Shown here one piece after another: positions 35,631-45,706 of a stretch of 49,442 bases of DNA; position 1 is the first letter of the stretch; every line of letters starts with the position of its first letter. The notes beneath the pieces are model-generated. The model ran no database searches. It worked only from the letters and a program-made list of their open reading frames with translations, and had not been told where the DNA came from. Origin of the DNA: an uncultured Lachnospiraceae bacterium (lineage in GTDB: Bacteria; Bacillota; Clostridia; Lachnospirales; Lachnospiraceae); assembly GCA_949740745.1 (NCBI GenBank), contig CATJIW010000196.1, positions 1-49,442 on the forward strand, given 5' to 3'. A program made the position numbers and the translations under genes.

Positions 35631-36734
35631 TCAGGCAACCCTTTTTCCTGCCGCCAGGGCAGGAAACCGCCCCAGCCCTTTTATCAGTTTGCTGATGCCA
35701 AATGATACTGCAAGCACAACGACGCCCCGGATCAGGACATACGCCGGCTCTGCCGCATTACTGATCTGTGTCATTCCATCCGCATGAAACAGCCTCAGAA
35801 CCGCATCCCGGAAGCCTCTGGCATCCAGAAAGAATATCACTCCATAATGTACCAAATAAATATAAAAGCTGGAATCCGATATCTGAAAAACCGCTTTCTT
35901 TAAAATATCACACTTCATTTCAAAGCTGTACAGAAAAAGAAAGCAGGAAGTCGATGCCAGTACGGCCGCCCCGGTATTCCAAAATAAATAATACGAATTA
36001 TCACCGAGCCCGTACAATTTTATTTGAAGCATCCATCGGATCAGTTCGGTTCCCGCCAGGACAGAAAAAGACAGCCATCTCAAGCCTCTGTTATTTCGTA
36101 TACGGTCCTTATTCTGATAAATCAGATATCCGGTCAGAAGATAAACCACAGGCACAGAAAGTATAAAATAAGGCGTCACAGGCCATGCCGTAAAAACCTT
36201 TGCGTCATTCACAAGCAGTCCTGCGAGATTCAGCGCTATAATATAAACAATGTATTTATGATTCTCTTTCCTGCATAAAGGCTTTAACAGCGGAAACAAT
36301 AAAATAACCTGAACATACGTAAAAATATACCACAAATGCTCACAGTGGTACCCTCCGTGACTCCAATTCAGCAAGCTTACTAGCAATTCCTTCCATCTGC
36401 CCCCTGCATCGCCCATGCAGTCAAAAAAAAGCCTTTCCTGATTTATCCATGGATAAAAAGTATAAGACAGAAGCATCACTGCCAGAAAAGGCACCACAAT
36501 TCTCTGAAACGTCTTTTTCAACAGCCTGATAAAAGAGGCGTTCTGAAACAGAAAACAGCCTGCCAAAATAAAAAACAACGCCACCCCGTCGCCAAACAGG
36601 ACCCTGTATAAAATCTTACTTTTATCTCCCGGATCTCCTGCCGCAAAATCATTCACATGTACGGCAATCACGATGCAGCACGCCAGCGCCCTTATTTTTT
36701 CAATGTCAATATCTCTGGCTTTCCCTTTTTCCAT
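35631..36734 (-). CDS. Acyltransferase-3 family O-acetyltransferase
   Basis: IEKIRALACCIVIAVH, VALFFILAG, HLWYI and SFYIYLVH motifs; about 10 TM helices. Confidence 0.88.
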   Translation of the reverse strand: MEKGKARDIDIEKIRALACCIVIAVHVNDFAAGDPGDKSKILYRVLFGDGVALFFILAGCFLFQNASFIRLLKKTFQRIVVPFLAVMLLSYTFYPWINQERLFFDCMGDAGGRWKELLVSLLNWSHGGYHCEHLWYIFTYVQVILLFPLLKPLCRKENHKYIVYIIALNLAGLLVNDAKVFTAWPVTPYFILSVPVVYLLTGYLIYQNKDRIRNNRGLRWLSFSVLAGTELIRWMLQIKLYGLGDNSYYLFWNTGAAVLASTSCFLFLYSFEMKCDILKKAVFQISDSSFYIYLVHYGVIFFLDARGFRDAVLRLFHADGMTQISNAAEPAYVLIRGVVVLAVSFGISKLIKGLGRFPALAAGKRVA

Positions 36735-36749
36735 CTTCGTTTTCTCACT

Positions 36750-37670
36750 TTACTGCTTGATTTGATTCAGCATCAGCTCATACTGCTGCCTGTGTTTTTT
36801 GATTACCACCTGAAGGATGATCCCGCAGATCCATAACAGCATTCCGGCCACGGCAATAAAGCCTCCGGCGATCAGCGTCGGAAACCTTAAAACCAGTCCG
36901 GTTGCAAAATAGTTTTGAAAAACCGGTACTAAAAGAATGACTGCAACGATCCATAAGCATAAGGCCGCCGTAGTAAAAAAGCAAAAAGGCTTATAATCCT
37001 TGAAGAGAGTGGAAACGGTTTTCAGCACTTTAATGCCGTCCGATACCGTATTCAGCTTCGATACGCTTCCTTCCGGCCGGTCCCGATAAGCCACCGGTAT
37101 TTCTTTTATCAGAAAATTTTTATCAAGAGCATGAATCGTCATCTCCGTTTCGATTTCAAAGCCTCTGGAAAGCACCGGAAAGGATTTGACAAACAGACGG
37201 CTGAACGCACGATACCCCGTCATAATATCCTTTACTTCACTGTGGAACAGCCGGTTAATCAAGCTACGGACCACCCGGTTCCCCATATTATGGAACATGC
37301 GCTTATTTTCGGTAAAATACGTGGAAGAAAGCCTGTCCCCGATCACCATGTCCGCTTTTTTCTCCAAAATCAAAGAACACATCTCTTTTGCAGACTCTGC
37401 CGGATACGTGTCGTCCCCATCGATCATCAGATAACAATCCGCTTCAATATCCCGGAACATGCTTCGGATCACGTTTCCTTTTCCCTGGCGATATTCATAT
37501 CGAACAACCGCACCGGCCTTTCTGGCAATTTCATCCGTTCCATCCGTAGAATTGTTATCATAAACATAGATGTCAGCCTCAGGCAGCGCTTCCTGATAAT
37601 CCTCTATGACCTTTTTAATTGTGATGCTTTCGTTATAACACGGAATCAGCACTGCTATTTTATTCCCCAT
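36750..37670 (-). CDS. GT2 polyprenol-phosphate glycosyltransferase (DPM1/GtrB-like)
   Basis: LIPCYNE, YDNNSTD, MIDGDDTYP, DIMTGYRAFS and FEIETEMT motifs; 2 C-terminal TM helices. Confidence 0.9.
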   Translation of the reverse strand: MGNKIAVLIPCYNESITIKKVIEDYQEALPEADIYVYDNNSTDGTDEIARKAGAVVRYEYRQGKGNVIRSMFRDIEADCYLMIDGDDTYPAESAKEMCSLILEKKADMVIGDRLSSTYFTENKRMFHNMGNRVVRSLINRLFHSEVKDIMTGYRAFSRLFVKSFPVLSRGFEIETEMTIHALDKNFLIKEIPVAYRDRPEGSVSKLNTVSDGIKVLKTVSTLFKDYKPFCFFTTAALCLWIVAVILLVPVFQNYFATGLVLRFPTLIAGGFIAVAGMLLWICGIILQVVIKKHRQQYELMLNQIKQ

Positions 37671-37680
37671 ATTGACCACC

Positions 37681-39372
37681 TCATTTTTCTATTCGTACTT
37701 TTTGAACCAGCGATCGGACATATCGATACAAATAATACAAACCGATCATCTCCAACGTCTCCATCAACGGAACGACGGCACACAGATAATCATAAACCCT
37801 CCGGTCATATAAAAAACAACAAAACCACATAACCGCAAAAACAAGTGCCAAACAGCTTCCCGCCATCCCCAACGTCACCAACAGGACAGAAACATCTCTT
37901 CCTGATGCCTGTTTCCTAAATATCCTTGAAAATGTCGTCCCAATCAGCAATAAGATTCCGGCCAAAGCGCCGAAAAATATCGGATATCCCGTCTTCTGAT
38001 ATAAACCGGTAATTTGATTGTCAAACTCCGCCATTCTCTCATCATATCTCCGATATTGGCCAGCCATCCCATCCCGCAAAAAATGAGAACCTGTCAAAGC
38101 GGCCATAACTGTAAGTTCATTCTCATTTCCGCGAGGTTCCCGCACAGCCGTAACATTCTCTTTATAGGCCACCAGCATTTTTGCAATCTGCGGCAGGCGT
38201 TTTCCATAATAAGCCGCCATCTCCTCGAATGTAAAGCCCCTTGCAATCGGAGAAATATAAATCCGTCCATCCAAAGCCTTCAAATGTCCGCCGTCATATG
38301 CCTCCTGGAGCTCTTCATGAATTTTCTTATAATAAGAATCTACGCAGACACCCCCTCCATCATAAACTCCCGCCATGGAGACCGCATCCCGAAATGCCCA
38401 GACATACATATCCCCGGTTCCTTCCTTCCCCTCCTTAAACCAGTTATTCCAGCTCTGTTCTATATAAGGAAGCAGCTCCTTCAATGTCACACTATGCTCC
38501 GCCGCAGTACGAATCATATTACGGCTTACCCATACATTCAGATCCTCATATCCGGTTCCATCGTCAACCCGAAGCAAATCTGACAAAACTTCCTTATAAT
38601 AAGTGTCTGAGCGGTCCGTAATGGTATACTCTCCATAATAATGATAATTAAGCACCTTGTACCCAAATGTCACACAGGCCAAAACGAACAAGGGCGAGAG
38701 CACCGCTGCAATTTTCATCTGTTTCCATGTATGATTGCTTCTCCAGAGATTTATGATCGTAACCAGCATCCCGCCGCAGACAAAAGGCAGAATCCATACG
38801 GAATCCTCTTTCAAAAAATAAAAAATCGGCAAAACAATACAGCCCAAAACCGTCCACCCGGCAAATTCTTTTTTATTCTGCGCTTTATGCTGCCCGATGA
38901 CCGCAGCAAACACCAGCAAGGTAAATATAACTATATATCCTCCCCTGTATATCTTCTGCACATTTTCCTCATGAAACATAACCGGAGAATACAGCAAAAA
39001 CACATACAGGACCACCGCAAACCTACGGCTCCCAATCAGACGATACATGGCCAGCGCAAAAAGCACGACTGAAAAAATATATCCCATGGCCATTGATGCA
39101 GAATAGGAAATGCCCAAAATATAATTTAAAGCCAGAAGAAGCGCAGGCGAAGCAGTTTTTAATAACGTAAAAGAAGAAAAATCCCCCAGCCACTCTCCCC
39201 TTAATATGCTGCCCGCATAATTTACATAAAGATATTCATCATGAACCGTATCTGCCCGCAGATAAATCGGCATCTTTATGCCCAAATAAAAACGAAACAA
39301 GGTCAATATCACAAGAATCCCTGCCGCCAGTCTGATTTTTGTTTTCTTGTTTATATTCCAACCCTCCGGCAT
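37681..39372 (-). CDS. Polytopic membrane protein, probable GT-C glycosyltransferase
   Basis: TM1 followed by an acidic HDE loop, many TM helices, KED motif, large external loop; adjacent to a polyprenol-P GT2. Start moved to MPEGWN (AAGGGGG RBS). Confidence 0.6.
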   Translation of the reverse strand: MPEGWNINKKTKIRLAAGILVILTLFRFYLGIKMPIYLRADTVHDEYLYVNYAGSILRGEWLGDFSSFTLLKTASPALLLALNYILGISYSASMAMGYIFSVVLFALAMYRLIGSRRFAVVLYVFLLYSPVMFHEENVQKIYRGGYIVIFTLLVFAAVIGQHKAQNKKEFAGWTVLGCIVLPIFYFLKEDSVWILPFVCGGMLVTIINLWRSNHTWKQMKIAAVLSPLFVLACVTFGYKVLNYHYYGEYTITDRSDTYYKEVLSDLLRVDDGTGYEDLNVWVSRNMIRTAAEHSVTLKELLPYIEQSWNNWFKEGKEGTGDMYVWAFRDAVSMAGVYDGGGVCVDSYYKKIHEELQEAYDGGHLKALDGRIYISPIARGFTFEEMAAYYGKRLPQIAKMLVAYKENVTAVREPRGNENELTVMAALTGSHFLRDGMAGQYRRYDERMAEFDNQITGLYQKTGYPIFFGALAGILLLIGTTFSRIFRKQASGRDVSVLLVTLGMAGSCLALVFAVMWFCCFLYDRRVYDYLCAVVPLMETLEMIGLYYLYRYVRSLVQKVRIEK

Positions 39373-39423
39373 GCTGCATCCCCCTTTAAACGAACGGCAG
39401 CAGATCCTCCTGCCGCTCATAGT

Positions 39424-39452
39424 ATTTTACCCTTTTTACCCCCTGTTGTAAA
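39424..39452 (-). promoter_or_regulatory. Putative internal sigmaA promoter
   Basis: Minus strand TTTACA-17 nt-TAAAAT in the intergenic gap. Confidence 0.55.
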
Positions 39453-39499
39453 GAAGTAATCCTCCCTGTCATACTGCCTTGCCGCAAATCTTTTCTGTC

Positions 39500-41098
39500 T
39501 CAGTGACATCCGGCCAGCATCGCAGCCGTCACCCGCTGAAGAGCCAAAACATTTAATACCACTGCAGACAGGATAATTCCCTGATCCAGGATCCCCTCCG
39601 TAACGAAGCTTCCATTTATAATCAGGCGTCTATTCCTTAAGGTTAAAAGAAACAGAGGAAGAATCGGAAGAAAATATCTTCCCTGAACACCCCGGACATA
39701 AAGCTGCCCCACCGGGGTCCACCCAAGGAGCATAGATAAAAGCACTAAAAACGAAACTCCCGTACAGAGCACCAGGCACCAAACCCGATTTCCCGCCGCC
39801 AGGGAAGCCTTCCCCTCTTCTTCTTTAAATGCCGCCAGAAATAAAAGCGCAGAGAAACCCACCACATACAGACTACTCAAAGGTACATTCAGCCAGCCCA
39901 GCTTGCTTCCGAGCATGGTTTCCCAATAAAATCCTGTCTGAGTGCGAATCGTATTTAACAGAAGATACAAAAAATGAACCGGTTTTGCCAAAAGCATTTT
40001 TAAGGTATAGCCAGGAGCATCCGCCCATTCAATATAATTTTCCCCGCCTCCCACATATCCGGACAAAGTTGACATATTATTAACTGCCAGTGAAAACACA
40101 GACAGAAAAATCACTGTTGCTGCAGAACAAAAATAAAAACGCCGGGAGCCAAACTTCTCTTTTGGTATCAACAGACAAAGCCCAGCCAGCAGAGCATATA
40201 CAATCTTGCAGGGAACAAGCGCCATTAAAAGCACGGACAGTACGGCTACCTCCCGCTTTCCCATCTTTTCTTTTACAAAAGCATCCTCAAAACAGACGGC
40301 CGTAAACAAAAAGGCCAGAGAAAGCGGAACCACGTCATATGACATGGAGGAAGCTAATTCCTGGGTCATCGGAAGCATGGCCGCTACAAAGAAAATCATT
40401 TTCCCAAAAGGAACCCGCTTAATCGCCTGATACATACACAAGATAAAAAACAGAAAATTACCCAACCGGCCCAAAAGCATGGTATCTGCCCAGCCCATAT
40501 GAAGCAGCCGGCCAAATGTAATCCCTATAGCCTGAGGCAAATGCGGAAACGGCCCGGTTCTCATCGGTTCATAGCTAAAGCTTACAATTTCCGAATTCTC
40601 ACAGGGTTTTAAAAAAGCATCGTAAAAAGCTCGATAATCTTCCTTTGTCTGAGAATTTAAAACTGCAAAGGGAGCCTTTGCATCTTCCGCCCGCATCCGC
40701 ACCATCCCATCCTCATCCAACGCATTTATAAAGAGCATCCGATTCGACCACCCGTACGCCGTAGAATAATGAACGATCTCATCCGGCGCACTGAGAGGCG
40801 GAAGAAGGAACATCCAGCCAAGCCCTGCTGTCAATGCACAAACCAAAAACATCTTTTCCAGCCTAATCTGTTTCTTCTTTATATAAAAAATTCCAAGCCC
40901 CAGGATCAGCAGCATAATCAGCAGCATAACCACGCAATAAATCTTCAAAGTCCTGTCACTGTAGCCTCTCAATATAATTCCGATTTCCGTTTTAAATCCA
41001 AGTATCCAAAAAACTGATAAAAATAACACTCCAAACACCAGGATTATCCACCGCCATCTGCCTTTCAGTCTTCTCAGAATATCTTTCCAGCTTTCCAT
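39500..41098 (-). CDS. DUF2142 (GacL-like) GT-C membrane glycosyltransferase
   Basis: PPLSAPDEIVHY, HLPQAIG, SMSYD, KLGWL and GVQGRYFLP motifs. Confidence 0.85.
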   Translation of the reverse strand: MESWKDILRRLKGRWRWIILVFGVLFLSVFWILGFKTEIGIILRGYSDRTLKIYCVVMLLIMLLILGLGIFYIKKKQIRLEKMFLVCALTAGLGWMFLLPPLSAPDEIVHYSTAYGWSNRMLFINALDEDGMVRMRAEDAKAPFAVLNSQTKEDYRAFYDAFLKPCENSEIVSFSYEPMRTGPFPHLPQAIGITFGRLLHMGWADTMLLGRLGNFLFFILCMYQAIKRVPFGKMIFFVAAMLPMTQELASSMSYDVVPLSLAFLFTAVCFEDAFVKEKMGKREVAVLSVLLMALVPCKIVYALLAGLCLLIPKEKFGSRRFYFCSAATVIFLSVFSLAVNNMSTLSGYVGGGENYIEWADAPGYTLKMLLAKPVHFLYLLLNTIRTQTGFYWETMLGSKLGWLNVPLSSLYVVGFSALLFLAAFKEEEGKASLAAGNRVWCLVLCTGVSFLVLLSMLLGWTPVGQLYVRGVQGRYFLPILPLFLLTLRNRRLIINGSFVTEGILDQGIILSAVVLNVLALQRVTAAMLAGCH

Positions 41099-41111
41099 AA
41101 GTCTCCCAACC

Positions 41112-43676
41112 CTATTTGTTTAAATAATAATCCGTTTTCAAAATATTGTCATTAACCGTAATCAAATCCATCACTCTTTGATTCATCCAGGCAATTTCAT
41201 CTTCCCCAGCCGTTCCATAGACAACGTTCCCCTGAGAATAAAACGTATCTCCCCTGATCCAGGAACCATCTGCAAAATACGCATACCCCTCATAATCCTC
41301 ATCAAAAATATCCCGCCCCACATACATGGAACCGTCTCCCACCCCCATAAGATTCACGATCGTGGGAACCAGGTCAGCGGAACTGGCAAGCTTGTCTATC
41401 GTCACCGGCGTCATTTCCGGCGTCCAGATGACGCATGGAACTTTATATAAAAGCTGTTCATACGGCTCTACTCCGGAGAAAGCATACAAAACCTCCTTAT
41501 CTTCAATTCCGTAAGGATAATGATCTCCAATCGCTATAATCACCGTGTTTTTCAAAAGCCCATCGTTTTCCAGCCGCTCCATCAGTCCTCCCAGCATATC
41601 ATCCGTAATCCTGGCTTTTGCAAAATAACAATTCATTTCCTCAGAGCCCGTCATAGCTTCATATTGGGGATGTTTCCTCATTGCGCGCGCAACGTCTCCG
41701 TTGGACAGATTATAACTTAAATGAGCCGTATACGTAATGATGTAATTAAAAAAAGGGACCTCCTGAACAAATTTGCCATACAATTCGTCATTCTCGATCA
41801 AAACCGTATCCATGGTAGCATTTTCATAATTGGCAAAGCTCACGTATTCCTGATATCCAAAGGCTGCATTCATTAAATCCCGGCTGTAAAAACCGGGTAC
41901 ATTATAGTGATACTGTCTCGCCGTATAACCGACATCTGTCAGGCGCGCCGCAAGACTGCAGGGGAAATAATTATCAGAAAAGGAATATACCAGAGAACCG
42001 TCCAAAGGCGCATAAAGTCCCACATTGGTCACCATCTCCGAATTTGCAGTTGCCGCCGTACCATAAATGGAAGCATACATATTGGAAAAGTAAATTCCCT
42101 CTTTTGACATCCGATATAAATTAGGCATAACCTCTTCATTACAGGCGATATCGTCAATGCTTTCCATCAGCACAAATATCACATTTTTGCCTTCAAAAAT
42201 CCCGGTCATGGAATTGCCGCTTTCTCCTACCTCCCTTCTGCTTTCAAAAAAAGCAGAAACCTCTTCCATGCGCTCCCTCTTATCTCCAGAATTTGCAAAC
42301 AGAGTCCTCTGCAAATCCTTTAACACATACTGGTAGAAACCACATAATTCAAAGACGGCCTTCCGGTCAGTCATGTTCGCATAAATATAATTTTCATCAG
42401 CAAAGGAACTCCATCCGCCAAAATCTCCTTTGTAGATCGTATGGGTGTAGAACACAATTGACACCAACACAGGAACTGCCGCCAGGCCTCCCTTCCATCT
42501 GATCCTTAAACTGCTCCTGATCAAAAAAATCCCGATCATTCCCACTAGAAATAACATAAGAACCAGACAAATGAAACGGACATTCATAAAGCCAATGACA
42601 TAATCCATATAATCGCTGCCCTCTTTTGCCAGCGCCATATCTTTGAAACTGAAAAGCCGTCCAAAAACCTGATAGTATATTTTCTGTACTAACAGCAGGA
42701 GCGCAAACGTATAGTAGACTACTCCATAAACCAGACGCTTCATCCACGTTCTCGGTAATAAGGCTATAATCAAAACAATGCAGGCAATAATACTGAAAGA
42801 AAACAAATCCGGCACAGAAGTATCATACAGAATGCCTTCCTCTCCCATCGTAATTCGGCGCATATATAAATCCAGCATATATAAAGACAAAACCACATAA
42901 AAATATCTAATGACATTAAGAAAATTCTGAAATGTAAAATATAGATCATAGCTTCCCTTTTTCCCTTCACGGGAATGGAATACGATCACAATACATGTAA
43001 CGATACATAGAATGATATTCCAAGTTTCCGAAAGAAACGCCGCCCAATACAATCCCAAACACATCAGCAGCGTATAAAAGCCTGAATAGTACAGAAAAGC
43101 CTTCGGATCCGCTATAATAGTCAACAGTCTGTCCCGGCAAAACAGGACAAATGTAATAACCATAACCACTGCTTCAATAAGCAGACACCACCAGTATAAA
43201 AACTGTCGTTCTATTGTAATATTAACCAGCTGAAAACAGCCGTCTCCCGGATACATCGTCCGAATCTCCAGCGAATGATTTTTGACATCCCGTTCCACAT
43301 AAAATCCTGCGGAAACCCGATTCTGGTCTTTCGGCAAAGTTCCTTTTGCCACTGTTGTCTGGAATAAAGCCCGCGTCCCCTTCGTGACAACGTCAAATTC
43401 CATATCCGTATCTGCCTCATATTCAATGGTTATTTTATAATTTCCTTTTTTAACATTAGCATAAGGGCCATAAGAAAAAATCCCCGCCTCTCCCGTATCA
43501 ATAAACCCTGCCGTTTCATCTCTTCCTCCGGCATACATGAAATGACCGGGATTATATTCTCCTGTAGAACCCAGCTTTTTCCAGACAAATAAAATCAATA
43601 TCACACAGGAAAAAACCACAATGCCAGACAGCAGTCCTGCATGTTTCTTCCAAATTTCCTCCAGCCTGTTTCTCAT
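41112..43676 (-). CDS. LtaS/GacH-family (sulfatase fold) phosphoglycerol transferase with extra N-terminal domain
   Basis: TM region, then KNVIFVLMES, ATANSE (catalytic Thr), TAHLSY and GDHYPY. Start likely MRNRLE (43676). Confidence 0.85.
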   Translation of the reverse strand: MRNRLEEIWKKHAGLLSGIVVFSCVILILFVWKKLGSTGEYNPGHFMYAGGRDETAGFIDTGEAGIFSYGPYANVKKGNYKITIEYEADTDMEFDVVTKGTRALFQTTVAKGTLPKDQNRVSAGFYVERDVKNHSLEIRTMYPGDGCFQLVNITIERQFLYWWCLLIEAVVMVITFVLFCRDRLLTIIADPKAFLYYSGFYTLLMCLGLYWAAFLSETWNIILCIVTCIVIVFHSREGKKGSYDLYFTFQNFLNVIRYFYVVLSLYMLDLYMRRITMGEEGILYDTSVPDLFSFSIIACIVLIIALLPRTWMKRLVYGVVYYTFALLLLVQKIYYQVFGRLFSFKDMALAKEGSDYMDYVIGFMNVRFICLVLMLFLVGMIGIFLIRSSLRIRWKGGLAAVPVLVSIVFYTHTIYKGDFGGWSSFADENYIYANMTDRKAVFELCGFYQYVLKDLQRTLFANSGDKRERMEEVSAFFESRREVGESGNSMTGIFEGKNVIFVLMESIDDIACNEEVMPNLYRMSKEGIYFSNMYASIYGTAATANSEMVTNVGLYAPLDGSLVYSFSDNYFPCSLAARLTDVGYTARQYHYNVPGFYSRDLMNAAFGYQEYVSFANYENATMDTVLIENDELYGKFVQEVPFFNYIITYTAHLSYNLSNGDVARAMRKHPQYEAMTGSEEMNCYFAKARITDDMLGGLMERLENDGLLKNTVIIAIGDHYPYGIEDKEVLYAFSGVEPYEQLLYKVPCVIWTPEMTPVTIDKLASSADLVPTIVNLMGVGDGSMYVGRDIFDEDYEGYAYFADGSWIRGDTFYSQGNVVYGTAGEDEIAWMNQRVMDLITVNDNILKTDYYLNK

Positions 43677-43698
43677 ATGCTTCTTTCCCCTGTTTTTT

Positions 43699-44538
43699 CT
43701 ATTCCCGCTCTTTTTTCGCATTTATCCAAAGATAAATCTGGATCAGTTCATTCCTGGCATGGCGGATCAGCATGCTGACCATAAGCTCGAACCGGTTCAG
43801 ATGCACGATCCCAAGCCTGTTATGCTTCTTCAAAAGCTTTTTATGCTCCAAATTATAAGTTTTCCGATCCTCGTTGATCAAATTCCCCGTGTTGGAATCG
43901 TTGCGGACGCGGAATCCGTTCAGTTCCTCATGGATCACGTAAATTTTTCCGAGACAGGCCATCCGGAGCCACATGTCAAAATCCAAAATATAGGGAAATT
44001 CCGGGTCAAACCCTCCCGCTTTCTCATAAGAGCTTCTGGGAAACAGGGTGTTGCAGGGTGCGCCGAAAAAGCTTTTAAAAATCAGCGCCCGTTTCGCCAC
44101 CTTTTTCCCCTCCAGAAGCCCTGCTTTAGGATACCGCTTAAACCAGCCGGTCCGCTTCCCATGTTCATCAATCAGCGCCGTATCACTCATGACCAGCGTT
44201 ACCTCCGGGTGCTCAAGCAGCGCCTGAAGCTCCTTCTCAATGCTGTCTCTGTATAAAATATCGTCGGCACAGATCAGCTTGATATAATCGCCTCTTGCTT
44301 CGGCAAGGCATTTGTTCCAGTTCCCGGTCATCCCCAGATTCTTTTTATTTTTTACGATACGGATCCTGGAATCTTTCACTGATCCCGCCACTTTTAGAGT
44401 ATCATCTTTTGAACAGTCGTCCACCACCACAAGCTCGATATTTTTATAATTCTGCTCCAAGACCGACTCCATGGTCTTTTTAATATAAACGGCGCTGTTG
44501 TAGGCCGGAATACACACGCTTACCAAAGGCTCCATCAT
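43699..44538 (-). CDS. GT2 glycosyltransferase
   Basis: VSVCIPAYN, VVDDCSKD, NLGMTGNWN, LICADD and DFDMWLR motifs. Confidence 0.9.
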   Translation of the reverse strand: MMEPLVSVCIPAYNSAVYIKKTMESVLEQNYKNIELVVVDDCSKDDTLKVAGSVKDSRIRIVKNKKNLGMTGNWNKCLAEARGDYIKLICADDILYRDSIEKELQALLEHPEVTLVMSDTALIDEHGKRTGWFKRYPKAGLLEGKKVAKRALIFKSFFGAPCNTLFPRSSYEKAGGFDPEFPYILDFDMWLRMACLGKIYVIHEELNGFRVRNDSNTGNLINEDRKTYNLEHKKLLKKHNRLGIVHLNRFELMVSMLIRHARNELIQIYLWINAKKERE

Positions 44539-44984
44539 CCGGCCTCCTCCCGCTTTCGATCCTTCTTTTTTTGTCCGTCACTCTCTGTTTTCTTCTGCCG
44601 GCTGCCCTCTGCCGTTTCGTCTTTTTTCCCATTCTTCACAGCAGCCTCCTTCCTTCGCTCATTATCGTCAATGGCGATCCGCTGCACCAGCTCTTTGACC
44701 CTGGTCTCCAACTGGGAAATCCGCATGGACATGGAAAAATTCTTCACCAGCAGAAGGAAGATCATGAGCAGAAAGATGAAATTGGCCGTGGACATGGTGC
44801 CGACCAGTCCCGACAGCCAGTCTGCCGCCTGAGGAAAGACGCTGAACACCACCAGAAGCAGAGCAAAAAACACCCAAAACATAGAGTCCTCTATTTTTGC
44901 CTTGGAGTGGCGGATCTTTCTCAGCATGACGACAAGCACCAAAAACGACATTATGATCAGGACCACACGCAGCACTGCCGTCAT
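44535..44984 (-). CDS. DUF2304 small membrane protein (GacJ-like)
   Basis: 3 TM helices, VFP...GT.STANFIF, and a C-terminal ISQLETRVKELVQRIAI coiled coil; coupled to the upstream GT2. Confidence 0.85.
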   Translation of the reverse strand: MTAVLRVVLIIMSFLVLVVMLRKIRHSKAKIEDSMFWVFFALLLVVFSVFPQAADWLSGLVGTMSTANFIFLLMIFLLLVKNFSMSMRISQLETRVKELVQRIAIDDNERRKEAAVKNGKKDETAEGSRQKKTESDGQKKKDRKREEAG

Positions 44985-45706
44985 CGCTCTTCTCCTTCCG
45001 TCTTTTTCTTAAACCGCCTGTCCCGTTTCCTGAAATTCTGGATAAGCAGAATGGAAAACAGCATTTTGCTCATATATTTTACCGCATTGACAGGATTTAA
45101 ATAGCTTACTCCGGCAGTCCGCTCATCCATGGCTACCTGCACCTCCGCCACTCTGGCCCCCTGCCTGATCAGATAGGAAACCGTATCCGGCTCCGGCCCA
45201 TAATTTAAACCCAGAGCAAACTCCTCGATCATCTTCCGGTTAAACATACGCATTCCGGAGGTAGGATCCTTGACCCTCACTCCTGTGGTGAGACGGATGG
45301 CAAGGGCGATCAGATTGCTGCCCAGCATCCTCATGCTCCTCGGCTTTTTCTCCGTAAGAAACCGGGATCCGATAACAATATCGTAGCCCTCTTCCATTTT
45401 CTCCCGCATAGCGCCGATATATTCCGGCCGGTGCTGGCCGTCCCCGTCAAACTGGACTGCATAGGAATAATGATTATGCCAGGCGTATTTAAGCCCTGCC
45501 TGAAAACCGCCGGCCAGCCCCAGGTTTACCGGAAGATCCAGCAGGTTATAGCCGCATTTCCTACAAATCCCGGCTGTACTGTCACTGGACCCGTCATTCA
45601 CCACCACATAATCCAATTCCGGATAGCCGGCTTTCAGGTTCCTCACTACTCTCTCGATATTTTCTTCTTCGTTATACGCCGGTATGATCACCAATACCTC
45701 GGACAT
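44981..45706 (-). CDS. GT2 polyprenol-phosphate sugar synthase (GacI/DPM1-like, no TM helices)
   Basis: IIPAYNEEENI, VNDGSSD, QFDGDGQH, GSRF and DPTSGMR motifs. Start MSEVL in a TAATG overlap. Confidence 0.9.
   Translation of the reverse strand: MSEVLVIIPAYNEEENIERVVRNLKAGYPELDYVVVNDGSSDSTAGICRKCGYNLLDLPVNLGLAGGFQAGLKYAWHNHYSYAVQFDGDGQHRPEYIGAMREKMEEGYDIVIGSRFLTEKKPRSMRMLGSNLIALAIRLTTGVRVKDPTSGMRMFNRKMIEEFALGLNYGPEPDTVSYLIRQGARVAEVQVAMDERTAGVSYLNPVNAVKYMSKMLFSILLIQNFRKRDRRFKKKTEGEER

Noticed and set aside
2125-36430. A8/T8 and C7 homopolymers (e.g. 2125, 2414, 18321, 20123, 20394, 23322, 29412, 36423) as phase-variation tracts
   Set aside because: They are short, encode ordinary Lys/Phe/Gly runs, and all genes are in frame; read-level length variation would be needed.
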